NCBI GenBank assembly: GCA_963839745.1
Contig: CAWIWC010000010.1
Span: forward strand, 508,410-572,409
Length of the DNA: 64,000 nt
Reading direction: 5' to 3'
Origin: an uncultured Actinomycetes bacterium
Lineage (GTDB): Bacteria; Actinomycetota; Thermoleophilia; Gaiellales; Gaiellaceae
Positions 1-9,242 of the stretch are shown piece by piece; the stretch's first letter is position 1, and each line of letters begins with the position of its first letter. Below the pieces are notes generated by a model. It was not told the origin of the DNA. It saw only the letters and a list, made by a program, of their open reading frames with translations, and did not search any database. Position numbers and translations under genes: made by a program.

Positions 1-297
1 ATGCTCTTTCAATTCATCAACGCGAACATCGAGAACCAATACGAGTTCGTGCTGCGACAGTGGGCCAATGACAGCGAGTTCGCCGGGGCCGTCAGGCTTC
101 ACCCCAGGTCGAAAGACCCACTGATCGGCACCCAGGACCCAGCGGAAAGCATCTTCGTCATACCTCAGGCAGATGGGGGCCCGCCGATCGAGGTACGAGG
201 TCTCTCGAGCTTCATCACGACCAAAGCGGCTGCGTACGTGTTTCTGCCGAGCATCACGGCCATCAAATTCATCGCCAACTTGCGTGACGGCCGGTGA
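1..297 (+). CDS. 3' end of a gene entering from upstream of the window; C-terminal region resembles Dyp-type/heme-peroxidase-like proteins
   Basis: ORF 1..297. The pattern FQFINANIENQYEFVLRQW.N...F...DPLIG...AYVFLPSI resembles the conserved C-terminal segment of Dyp-type peroxidase-family proteins as I recall it. The ATG at nt 1 is probably coincidental (5' partial). Confidence 0.45.
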   Translation: MLFQFINANIENQYEFVLRQWANDSEFAGAVRLHPRSKDPLIGTQDPAESIFVIPQADGGPPIEVRGLSSFITTKAAAYVFLPSITAIKFIANLRDGR

Positions 298-498
298 TCT
301 GCCGCCTAGTACGCTGCACGAGGCGGGCGCACGTCGCCGCGGCGCACAGGAACAGCGCACAGGCTGCGGCGTGAGCCGTGCAGCGCATGACCCAAACCGC
401 GCTCAGCTCGGCCGGCCGCACGGCCGGGCGAGGACAGTGGACTGACTTCCACGGGTCATATCGGCCTCCGGTGCGTCGTCAGGCCGTAGGCGGGTCGT

Positions 499-1419
499 GT
501 GAGACGGCCACAGATCGAACAGAAGCCGACTGAACAAGGGCCGCAAAGGTCGTTGAAGGCACACGTGGAGGCGTTGCGAGCCCGCGGTACGACGACGCTC
601 GACTCCCTCGAGGAGAAGAGACCAGAGCATGCCTCGGTCGAGGTCGGCTTCCGCTGGCTCGTACGGGACAAGGAGATCGCCGGCGGCGTCCTGGGGGGAG
701 GGCTTGCCTACCGCTTCTTCTTCTGGGCGCTCGCCTGGGCAGTTCTCTTGGCTGGCGGGCTCGGCTTCGCGTCTTCCGCCGGTGAGGATGTCCAGTCGGG
801 GGCCGAAGAGACTGGTCTTACCGAGTCGCTCGCTTCGACGATAACGACAGCCGCGAAGCAAGCCGAATCGGGCCGCTGGTGGCTGGTGCTCACGGGCACG
901 GTGCTCGTGCTCTGGTTCAGCTTCGGCCTTCTTCGCGCACTCCGGCTGACCCACGCCGCGGCGTGGCGAGTTCCAGCCCCGCCGCTTCGCAACCTGCCCA
1001 AGGCGATCGGTTTCGTGATCGCCGCTCCACTCGTTCTCATGGTGACCTCAGCCTTCGCGGGCTGGGTTCGCGCGAACGCAACCGACGCCCTAGAAACTCT
1101 CGTGACGCTAGGACTGATCGTGTGCTTCAGCGCGGTGTGGCTGTGGGTCTCGATATGGCTGCCGTCGAAGGACGTGCCCTGGACGGCTTTTCTGCCGGGC
1201 GCGATCTTCTTCGGCCTCGGCCTGGAGGCGCTCTACGTCCTTACGGCCTACTTTCTCCAGATCAAGCTCGCCAACGCGTCCGAGCTCTATGGCGCCCTCG
1301 GATTGGCGACGACCGGACTCTTCTTTCTCTTCCTGATCGGGCGAGGCGTCATCTGGGCTGCCGAGCTGAACGCGGTCGTCTGGGACGTGAGGAACGAGCG
1401 GCGCGCGAGCCCTGGATAG
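499..1419 (+). CDS. YihY/BrkB (virulence factor BrkB / 'ribonuclease BN-like') family membrane protein, copy 1 (intact)
   Basis: 306-aa ORF with a GTG start. It has the GGLAYRFFFWALAW motif followed by about 5 hydrophobic helices. It is a clear paralog of the 9454..10393 gene (AGGLAYRFFLWLLPF ... DVPW.A.LPGA). Confidence 0.7.
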   Translation: MRRPQIEQKPTEQGPQRSLKAHVEALRARGTTTLDSLEEKRPEHASVEVGFRWLVRDKEIAGGVLGGGLAYRFFFWALAWAVLLAGGLGFASSAGEDVQSGAEETGLTESLASTITTAAKQAESGRWWLVLTGTVLVLWFSFGLLRALRLTHAAAWRVPAPPLRNLPKAIGFVIAAPLVLMVTSAFAGWVRANATDALETLVTLGLIVCFSAVWLWVSIWLPSKDVPWTAFLPGAIFFGLGLEALYVLTAYFLQIKLANASELYGALGLATTGLFFLFLIGRGVIWAAELNAVVWDVRNERRASPG

Positions 1420-1449
1420 CCTCGTGCGCCTCTGCCGGCCAAAGGTCGA

Positions 1450-2490
1450 ATGACGGGAACGCCTCCCGCGGTCGCCGTCCGGTCGCCGCTGAGGCGCGTG
1501 CTCAGGCCTGCGCTCGGGCTGGTGGCTCTCGCGCTCGTTTTCGGGTGGCTGCTGCCGCAGTTCATCGATTACCAAGAGGTCTGGGAGGCGCTCGCGGAGC
1601 TCGATGGGCGTGAAGTCGCCGTCCTGCTCGGGCTCGGGCTCGCTCGAGTTCCCACTGAGGCTCTGATGTACCGCGCGTTTCTGCCGGGGCTTGGTCTCTG
1701 GCGGGGAAGCGAGGCGTACCTCTCCTCGAATCTCGCGGGGCAATTGCTGCCGCCGCCGAGCGCGAGTGTCGTCCAGTACGGCTACTTCCGCGGCGGAGGC
1801 TATGACACGGACGCGGCCGGCCTCGCGGCGGCGGGGTCGTTCCTCTTCCCGATGATTGGCCGGTTCGTACTTCCCTGCGTCGCGCTTGTGCTGGTGATCC
1901 TCACTGGCGAGGCCGACGGCTCGATCCTGCTGGCGGGCGCACTTTCGGTCGTGATCACGGTTGTCGCCGGCATCGTCGGCTACTTCTTCCTCCGCACCGA
2001 GGCTTCCGCCCGCTGGTTGGGAGTGAAGGCACAAAGGCCACTTTCCTGGCTGGTCGTCAAGCTCAAGCGCGACCCGATCGAGGACGCCGGGGAAAAGGCT
2101 GCCGAACTGCGTGCCCGAGCGCTCGTGATCCTGCGCGAGGGCTGGGCGTTGGGCTCGATCGGCGTCGCGGCCAACCTGTGCCTCACGTACTTGATCCTGC
2201 TCGCCGCGCTCCGCTTCGTCGGAGTGTCGGGAGCCGAGCTCTCCGCCGTCGACGCTTTCGCCGCGTTCGCGATTGCGTTCTGGGCTGGAGCCGTGTTTCC
2301 CATCACGGGCAGCGGTCTCGGCGTGGTCGACGCGGTGCTCATCGCCATGCTCATCGAGTCGAGCAGCGCCTCTGATGACGCTTTGCTAGCCGCGGCACTT
2401 CTGTGGCGCGTCTTCTACTCGGTCATCACGCTTCCGCTTGGCGCGATCACCTTGAGCCGGTTCCGCAAGGCGGACCCCGGCGCGGCGTAA
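1450..2490 (+). CDS. Lysylphosphatidylglycerol-synthase-TM-region-like (UPF0104, flippase-like) membrane protein, copy 1 (intact)
   Basis: 346-aa polytopic ORF. The N-terminal part (LLPQFIDYQEVWEALAELD) and C-terminal part (AFWAGAVFPITGSGLGVVDAVLIAML) are typical of this family. A paralog lies at 12784..13989. Confidence 0.6.
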   Translation: MTGTPPAVAVRSPLRRVLRPALGLVALALVFGWLLPQFIDYQEVWEALAELDGREVAVLLGLGLARVPTEALMYRAFLPGLGLWRGSEAYLSSNLAGQLLPPPSASVVQYGYFRGGGYDTDAAGLAAAGSFLFPMIGRFVLPCVALVLVILTGEADGSILLAGALSVVITVVAGIVGYFFLRTEASARWLGVKAQRPLSWLVVKLKRDPIEDAGEKAAELRARALVILREGWALGSIGVAANLCLTYLILLAALRFVGVSGAELSAVDAFAAFAIAFWAGAVFPITGSGLGVVDAVLIAMLIESSSASDDALLAAALLWRVFYSVITLPLGAITLSRFRKADPGAA

Positions 2491-2530
2491 GCGAAAAACC
2501 AGATTCTGCGGCCGACCGCGTCGCCGCCGG

Positions 2531-3616
2531 CTACGCAGGACTCGCCGGCGTCTCGAGCGCGGCGCGGGCGGCCGCGACCTTCTCCCGGCGAGCCTTCGTC
2601 AGTTCTTGCACGAAGATCTGGATCGTCGCCGCGAGCGGGACTGCGGTGAGCGCGCCGAGGACACCAAGGAGGGCGCCGAAGAGCGTGACGGCGACGATGA
2701 TGAAGAAGCCCGACAGGTTGACCGCCACGCCCTGGATCTTCGGCGTCAGGACGTTGTTCTCCACCTGCTGGTACACGAGCAGGACGACGCCCATGATGAT
2801 CGCCGCGCCGAGCCCCTCCTCCGCCCAGAGTGCCGGCACGAGGATGATCCCGGCGATGGTGGCGCCGATGTTCGGGATCATGTCGAGCAGTCCTGCGATG
2901 ACGCCCAGTGCGAGGGCGTAGCTCGAGCCGAGCAGCCAGGCAGTCATCCCCTGTGTGAACCCGGCGATCGCGGCGATCACGACGACTCCGATCGCCCACC
3001 GCGAAATCGAGGTCGTGACGCGCTCCCAGACGCCGAGCCAGCGCTCGTCCTCGCCCGGCATAAGCACGCTCCCCAGCGCCCGCTTCAGGTTCGCGATGTC
3101 GCTGAGCAGGAACACGCAGATGAAGATGATCGTGAAGGTAACGAGGAAGCCGGAGAAGATGTCGCCGGCGAAGCCGATCACGCCGGCGATCGCGTCCGGC
3201 ACGGACGCCGCGACCTTCTCCGCGCCCGTCTGAACGTTCTCGGAAGCCCCGGTGTCGCCCAGCGACGAGAGCTCGTCCGAATCGCGCAGCTGCTCGACGA
3301 GGGCCGGAAGGTCCTGGAGGAAGTCCCGAACCGAGCCCACGAGCGGCACGAGGAACAGCAGAGCGATCAGCGTCACCGCAGCGAACGTGCCGAGCACGAT
3401 CACTGCCGCCGCGACCCCGCGCGACATCTTGGTTTTCGACATCAGGTACCGCACGGGATACTCAAACACGAGCGCCAGGAAGATCCCGATGAACACGATC
3501 AGGAAGGTGTCGCCGATCGCATAGAACGCCGCGAGCACTCCGAGCGTCGCCGCCACCAACAGCACCGTTCGCATGGGCAGGATTAGCTCGACGCGCCGCG
3601 ACTCACGTGTGTTCAC
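2531..3616 (-). CDS. AI-2E family transporter (PerM/UPF0118), tandem copy A (intact)
   Basis: 361-aa ORF with a GTG start preceded by GGAGAACA. Family-typical segments are present (LLDMIPNIGATIAGIILVPALW and VYQQVENNVLTPKIQG). By eye it is about 87% identical in protein to copy B. Confidence 0.85.
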   Translation of the reverse strand: MNTRESRRVELILPMRTVLLVAATLGVLAAFYAIGDTFLIVFIGIFLALVFEYPVRYLMSKTKMSRGVAAAVIVLGTFAAVTLIALLFLVPLVGSVRDFLQDLPALVEQLRDSDELSSLGDTGASENVQTGAEKVAASVPDAIAGVIGFAGDIFSGFLVTFTIIFICVFLLSDIANLKRALGSVLMPGEDERWLGVWERVTTSISRWAIGVVVIAAIAGFTQGMTAWLLGSSYALALGVIAGLLDMIPNIGATIAGIILVPALWAEEGLGAAIIMGVVLLVYQQVENNVLTPKIQGVAVNLSGFFIIVAVTLFGALLGVLGALTAVPLAATIQIFVQELTKARREKVAAARAALETPASPA

Positions 3617-3640
3617 TGTTCTCCAGCCTCCATCGAGATC

Positions 3641-3985
3641 TACTGGCGTGCCATCGAAATGCGTAGGCGTTCATCGAGGTGGTTGTTGTCCGAGGAGCGG
3701 TCCGCGTCGAGCTGGACCCAGTCGATGCGGCCGGTGAAGCCGTTGTTCGTGGATCCGTAGTCGTCGCTGACGGGTGGGCGCCGTCGCCTCCGACGTCGGC
3801 GACGGTCGTCGAGGGCAGAACGTTGTACTCGGCGGCGCCGATGAGGAAGAGCCGTTGCAACTCGTCAAGCTTGTCAGGCTCGTCGGCCGACAGGTCGTTC
3901 GCCTGCGACCAGGTGTCAGGTCCGTACAGCTCCCACCACGCGAGCTCTCGCGGTGCGGGCAAGGGCGTACTGAACCAGGTGACGG
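3641..3985 (-). pseudogene. Arylsulfatase C-terminal remnant (last ~100 codons only, at least 1 frameshift)
   Basis: Minus-strand translation gives WELYGPDTWSQANDLSADEPDKLDELQRLFLIGAAEYNVLP. After a frame change it gives VSDDYGSTNNGFTGRIDWVQLDADRSSDNNHLDERLRISMARQ* with the stop at 3641-3643. This is the classic arylsulfatase C-terminus. No N-terminal sulfatase domain is present. Confidence 0.7.
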
Positions 3986-3986
3986 T

Positions 3987-4056
3987 GGAGGTCAGCGACC
4001 CCTCGCGATTCGCCCTCTGGGCGACCTCGGACGCGGTTCGATTCCCGCCGCCTCCA
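3987..4056 (+). tRNA. tRNA-like 70-nt element / degenerate tRNA remnant (not a canonical tRNA)
   Basis: The 3' part GCGGTTCGATTCCCGCCGCCTCCA is a near-canonical T-arm plus acceptor 3' strand. The 5' GGAGGT pairs with it in 6 of 7 positions. A D-like stem (GCGA/TCGC) and an anticodon-like stem (TCGCC/GGCGA) can be drawn, but the loops are too short (4 and 5 nt) and the T-stem lacks one G. Confidence 0.3.
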
Positions 4057-4088
4057 TCGGACTTGGCTAAGCGCTGCGTCGCCGCCGG

Positions 4089-5174
4089 CTACGCAGGACT
4101 CGCCGGCGTCTCGAGCGCGGCGTGGGCCGCCGCGACTTTCTCCCGGCGGGCTTTCGTCAGCTCTTGCACGAAGATCTGGATGACCGCCGCGAGCGGAACG
4201 GCGGTGAGCGCGCCGAGAACCCCCAGCAGCGCACCGAACAGGGTGACGGCGACGATGATGAAGAACGCCGAGAGGTTGACGGCCACGCCCTGGACTTTCG
4301 GCGTCACCACGTTGTTCTCGATCTGCTGGTAGACGAGCAGCACGACGAGCATGATGATCGCCGCGGTGAGCCCTTCCTCGGCCCAGAGCGCCGGCACGAG
4401 GATGAACCCGGCGAGGATGGCGCCGATGTTCGGGATCATGTCGAGCAGCCCTGCGATGACGGCCAACCCGAGGGCATAGCTCGAGCCGAGCAGCCAGGCC
4501 GTGAGCCCCTGCACGGTGCCGGCGATCACGGCGATCACGACGACGCCGATCGCCCAGCGCGAGATCACGGTCGTCACGCGCTCCCAGACGCCCAGCCAAC
4601 GCTCGTCCTCGCCCGGCATCAGGACGCTCCCCAACGCCCTCTTCAGGTTCCCGATGTCGCTCAGCAGGAACATGCAGATGAAGATGATCGTGAAGGTAAC
4701 GAGGAAGCCGGAGAAGAAGTCGCCCGCGATGCCGACGACGCCGGCGATGGCGTCCGGCACGGACGCCGAGATCTTCTCCGCGCCCGCCTGCACGTTCTCG
4801 GCGGCTCCGCTGTCGCCCAGCCCCGAGAGCTCGTCGGAAGCGCGTAGCTTCTCGACTAGCGCCGGAAGATCCTGGAGAAAATCTCGAACACCGCCGACGA
4901 GCGGGACCAGGAACAGCAGCCCGATCAGTAACACCAGCGCGAACGCGCCCAGCACCAGCACTGCCGCCGCCGCCCCGCGCGACATCTTCGTCTTCGACAT
5001 CAGGTACCGCAGCGGGAACTCGAACACGAGCGCCAGGAAGATCCCGATGAACACGATCAGGAAGGTGTCGCCGATCGCCCAGAACGCCCCGAGCACACCC
5101 AGAGTCGCAGCGACCAACAGCACCGTTCGCATGGGCAGAACCAGTTCGACTCGGCGTGTCTCGCCTGTCTTCAT
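4089..5174 (-). CDS. AI-2E family transporter, tandem copy B (intact)
   Basis: ORF 4089..5216. I chose the ATG at 5174 (MKTGETRRVELVLPMRTV) because it aligns with the start of copy A. The last ~45 nt and ~20 nt of 3' flank are duplicated with copy A (2517-2565 vs 4076-4125). Confidence 0.85.
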   Translation of the reverse strand: MKTGETRRVELVLPMRTVLLVAATLGVLGAFWAIGDTFLIVFIGIFLALVFEFPLRYLMSKTKMSRGAAAAVLVLGAFALVLLIGLLFLVPLVGGVRDFLQDLPALVEKLRASDELSGLGDSGAAENVQAGAEKISASVPDAIAGVVGIAGDFFSGFLVTFTIIFICMFLLSDIGNLKRALGSVLMPGEDERWLGVWERVTTVISRWAIGVVVIAVIAGTVQGLTAWLLGSSYALGLAVIAGLLDMIPNIGAILAGFILVPALWAEEGLTAAIIMLVVLLVYQQIENNVVTPKVQGVAVNLSAFFIIVAVTLFGALLGVLGALTAVPLAAVIQIFVQELTKARREKVAAAHAALETPASPA

Positions 5175-5240
5175 GGCGTCAGGAACACTGGACGCGGATG
5201 CGCCGTCCTTCCTCATACCGATGGGATGAATTCGCCGCGC

Positions 5241-5600
5241 TCACGGGTCGAGCTCCTCGAGCGCTTCCTCGACGTCGTAGCCGAGCGCGAGCGCGATCTT
5301 CGGGGCCGACGCGACGACTCGCGAGGTGCCCGTCACCGGCGTCACAGCCTCGAGGGTGGCGACGATCTCGTCCTTCGTCGCCCCGGCGGCGAGGGCGAGC
5401 GCGACGGCGTGCTGCACCGAGGCGGTCGCTACATCGACGGAGATGGTCGCGGCGAGGCGCACGAGGGCCAGCGTTCTCTCGTCGAGAGCTGACTCAGTCG
5501 GCTTGGTCTGGGCTGTCAGCGAGTCGACGAGCGAGTCGTCGTGCACTGCGAGCCGACGGAGGTGCTCCTTGTACTCATTCCACCGCCCCACATGGGACAT
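5241..5600 (-). CDS. Carboxymuconolactone decarboxylase (CMD/AhpD-like) family protein
   Basis: This is the 119-aa C-terminal part of ORF 5241..6488, starting MSHVGRWNEY. The segment LDERTLALVRLAATISV...AGATKDEIVATLEAV is typical of the CMD family. It lies 20 nt downstream of the LuxR-type gene. Confidence 0.7.
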   Translation of the reverse strand: MSHVGRWNEYKEHLRRLAVHDDSLVDSLTAQTKPTESALDERTLALVRLAATISVDVATASVQHAVALALAAGATKDEIVATLEAVTPVTGTSRVVASAPKIALALGYDVEEALEELDP

Positions 5601-5620
5601 CGCTGCGGCCTCCGGGCGCG

Positions 5621-7932
5621 TCATCCTTCCTGGGTGAGATTTGCCGGCGCCGAGTAGAACGGGCTTTCCAGAAGCCCGACTTCGACGGCACGTTCGATCG
5701 CCTCGGTGCGCGATGAGGCATTCAGCTTGCGGTAGATCGAGACCGCTTCGGTCTTGACGGTGTTGCGAGAGATGAAGAGCCTCGCCGCGATCTCCGGAAC
5801 CGTGAGGTGGGTGGCGAGATAGGGAAGCAGCCGAAGCTCGGCGCCCGTGAGGCTCATGGCCCAGGCACCTGCCGAGCCGGAGGTCGCCGCGAGGCGGTCG
5901 CGAAGCTCGCGCGCGTCCTCGGCGAGCGAGCCCATGTCGGGGCGGAGCTCGAGCACGTCCTCGGTTTCTCCGAGCGTCGTGCGAGCGGCGGCTACCTCGC
6001 CGAGTCCGAGATGGATGCGCGTGAGCTCGATCCCGACGCCGACGGTTTCCCAGGGAATGCTGTGGTTGAGCATGCGGCCGCATGCGGTGAGCACGTGCCA
6101 GCGCCGCGCGAACGTCCTCGGCCGTGCCCTCGTGGAGCGCGACACGCGCCGTCGCGACGTGCACGACCGCGCTCGTCGAGTAGTCGCCGAGGCCCGACTC
6201 TTCGACGAGCCCTTCGGCGGCCTGTGCGCGTCGCCCTGCCTCGCCCCAAGCTCCTTCCTTGGCCGCCAGGAGCGCGAGCTGCGCCTGTGCCAAGAAGACC
6301 TCTTCGAAGCTGCCGGCGGCCAACCCCCGCTCGATCGGTTGCAGAGAGATCCACCACTGCTCGATCGGTCGCGCCGAGCAGGGCGTGCGCAACTCCTCGG
6401 GCGAGGAGTGCGGTAGAGGTCCAAAAACTGTCCGGCGGGAGTTGATCCAGCGCCATATCGGCGTCGGCGAGCGCCTGCTCGACGCCATTCGGCATCATGT
6501 GCGCGCGCAGCGTGGCGACCCACGGCTCGATCGTGGCGCTGCCGTCCGAGAGCGGGATCTTCGAGGCCGCCCCGTCGGCGAGGGCGAGCCAGCGCTCGGC
6601 CTCCTCGGCTCGCCCCGTCAGCGCGCGCCACCAGGCTCCAAAGACGGCAAGTGCGGGATATTGCACAAGCTCGTCGTCGCCGAACCACCCGAGCCACTCC
6701 TCCAACGTCTGCAAGCGGCCGTCGTAGTAGAGCGGCGGGCTAAGGGCGTCGACCAAGCCGGCGACAGCGTCCGTCTCGCCCGCCGCTTGCCCGTAGCCGA
6801 TCGCCTCCTCGGGCAGGTCGTTAGCGATGCACCAGGCCATGGCGCGAGCGTTGAGCGCAGGCACCGCCTCGGGCTCGGTCGTGCTCGAGGTCGTTCCTGA
6901 GGAGCTCGCCGAAGAGGTGGTGGTATCGGTACCACTCGCCTCGCCGGTCGAGGGGCACGATGAAGCCGTTTCCTTGTGCGAGCGACTCGAGCGTCTGCGC
7001 CGACCGCGTCGTCTCGAGCACGGCGTCGCACAAACCGCCGCACATGCGCTCCAGGACCGACGTGTGCTTGAGGAACTTCGCCTCGTCTTCCGGTAGCCGT
7101 GACAGAAGCTCGAGGCGGAAGTACTCGGACACGAAGCGGTCGCCGCCGGTAAACCCCTCGGCACGCACCGTGGCCGCGCCCCGGCCTGCATCGACAGCGC
7201 CGCCAGGTACAGGCCGGCCGGCCAGCCCTCTGTTTGCTCGGTCAGCTCGGAGAGCTCGCCGTCGTCGAGCTCGACACCCGCGGCCTCGAGGAGCAGCCTC
7301 GCCTCCTGCTCGTCCAGCCGGAGGTCTGCGACGCCGATCTCGCTCACCGAGCCCTGCGCTCGCCAGCGGGCAAGGGGTAGGGGCGGCTCTTGCCTGCTTG
7401 TGATCGCGATCTGCGAGCCGGCTGGGACGTACCGGGAAAGCTCCGCAAGCACGTCCAGACAGGCCGGATTGGCCACAGCGTGCAAATCGTCGAGCGCCAG
7501 AACCAGCGGGCGCTCGCGCGCGGCCAGAGCGCTGCCGACACGCGAGACACGCGTCGACCAGACGGATCCCCCTGGTCCGGACAACGCGTCGAACACCTCG
7601 GGACGGACCGGCTCGACTCGGTGCATCGCCGCCGCGATGTAGCGCAGGAGCACGACGGGGTCGTCGTCTCGCCCGTCGAGAGCGACCCACGCGAACGGCC
7701 GCGGATCGGCCTCGGCCCAACGTGCGAGGAGCGTCGTCTTCCCGTAGCCGGCCGGTGCGACCACGGTCGCCACAGGCGCATTCCCCGCGCTCAGCTGTCC
7801 GATCACCGCTTCTTTCGCCACGGTGCCGGGCCGGGGCGACGGTGGAGCGAGCTTGACCTCCGCGAGGTCGAAAGGAACTTCCGTGGCTGCCAACTGCAGG
7901 CCGATGCTAGGGCATGGCGCTTGAGCGGACAA
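5621..7932 (-). pseudogene. MalT-like large ATP-dependent LuxR-family regulator (AAA/STAND ATPase + TPR-like + C-terminal LuxR HTH), at least 4 frameshifts
   Basis: The N-terminus carries Walker A (APAGYGKTTLLARW) and LVLALDDLH in the 5992..7932 frame. The middle continues in the 6821..7720 frame (FLKHTSVLERMCGGLCDAVL). It then returns to the first frame, moves to the 5241..6488 frame, and ends in the 5621..6697 frame with the LuxR HTH (LTGAELRLLPYLATHLTVPEIAARLFISRNTVKTEAVSIYRKL). Confidence 0.8.
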
Positions 7933-8295
7933 CCGAGTGCCGCCCTCCCGAATGCTGCTCCCGAGGCGCCATTTTCATGCGATCGGTATGACGAGGACGG
8001 ACCCGCCGACGCCCATACTCGGCACCGCAACGACACGTAAAGGACGCCTCGCTTTCCAAAAAAAAATACCTCCACAGACCCTCCATCCCCACCAACCTGG
8101 ATCCTCGCCCCCCCCTCTCCGTTCGAATCGGGCTTACCTCATACTATCAATCTGCACCCAGACCACCACGAACGGAGTGGACCAAAAGACCCAAGGACAC
8201 TTATCTTGTCTCCTCTCCTCCACCCGAAACAGACAACTGACTCTCCACGACCGACCCCCCGTTCTGGCACGAACGTCCAACGAAAGGAGAGCACC

Positions 8296-8649
8296 ATGGC
8301 TGACTCGACCACCGACACCCCGGTCCTCGACCTGCTCGCAAGCATGACCGCGGACTCGATCGAGGCTTCGGGTCTCGACCCGGAGACGCTCATGCTCGTT
8401 CGCATCGCCGCGCTCGCCGCGGTCGATGCCCCGCCAGTCTCGTATGCGCTGAACCTGCGAGCGGCAGGCGCGGCCGGAATCGACTCTGAGCAGGTCCGCG
8501 GCGTCTTTGCCGCGATCGCTCCGATCGTCGGCACGGCCCGGGTCGCGTCTGCGACGGGCAACATCGTCAAGGCGATCGCGCTCCAGATCGAGGTCGCCGA
8601 GCTCGAGGACGAAGCCGCCCTGGACGAGGCCGACCTCAACGACCAGTAA
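8296..8649 (+). CDS. Carboxymuconolactone decarboxylase (CMD) family protein, second copy
   Basis: The ATG at 8296 is preceded by AAAGGAGAG. The sequence MADSTTDTPVLDLLASMTADSIEASGLDPETLMLVRIAALAAV... is CMD-like. It is divergent from the LuxR-type gene. Confidence 0.65.
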   Translation: MADSTTDTPVLDLLASMTADSIEASGLDPETLMLVRIAALAAVDAPPVSYALNLRAAGAAGIDSEQVRGVFAAIAPIVGTARVASATGNIVKAIALQIEVAELEDEAALDEADLNDQ

Positions 8650-8728
8650 ACCGAGCGTGGCGCCGGCGAGCCGCCGTCCTCGGGCCGCGCGGCTGGCACG
8701 GCCCTCGCACCAATCCAAGGAGGCGACA

Positions 8729-9205
8729 GTGAACTCGAATCGCATCATGACCCGCCGTTTCGGAGCTGTCCTCGTTACTGCCCTCATGGTCATGGTCACG
8801 GCCCTCGGCTGTGCCTCCGACGACGAAGACAGCGCAACGACCGAGGCGGCGCCGAGTACCGCCGCTTCCGGCACCGGCACGGTCGACGAGGGCGTCGACA
8901 TCCAGGAGGCTCAGGCGCAGCTCTGTTCCGGGCTATCGGATCTCGAGGCGGACCTGACGGAAGTCTCCGCCGGCGAGTCAGAGGTCGGCGCAGACCTGCG
9001 TGCGCGTCTCGCAACCTTTGCGGCGGCTCTCGAGGCCGGCGCCCAAACTCTCACCACCGCCGGCGCGGCGGACGCGGCGACCGCCGCCGAGAACCTTGCG
9101 TCCAACCTGGAGTCGCTCTCCACCTCGAGTGGGGAGGACGCCCAGGCGCGCGCAGGCGAGGCAGCCGACGGGGCACAGCAGCTGACGGATGCCCTGGAGT
9201 GTTAG
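8729..9205 (+). CDS. Putative lipoprotein (Ala/Glu-rich helical)
   Basis: The GTG at 8729 is preceded by AAGGAGG. A signal peptide with a lipobox is present (VTALMVMVTALGC). Confidence 0.55.
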   Translation: MNSNRIMTRRFGAVLVTALMVMVTALGCASDDEDSATTEAAPSTAASGTGTVDEGVDIQEAQAQLCSGLSDLEADLTEVSAGESEVGADLRARLATFAAALEAGAQTLTTAGAADAATAAENLASNLESLSTSSGEDAQARAGEAADGAQQLTDALEC

Positions 9206-9242
9206 TGACCGCCTTACCTAGACCCACCAATTCGAAGGAGGC

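Noticed and set aside
3987-4056. Calling the tRNA-like element a functional tRNA gene.
   Set aside because: The D loop (4 nt) and anticodon loop (5 nt) are too short, the T stem has only 4 clean pairs, and position 7-66 is mismatched. I report it only as a tRNA-like remnant with low confidence.
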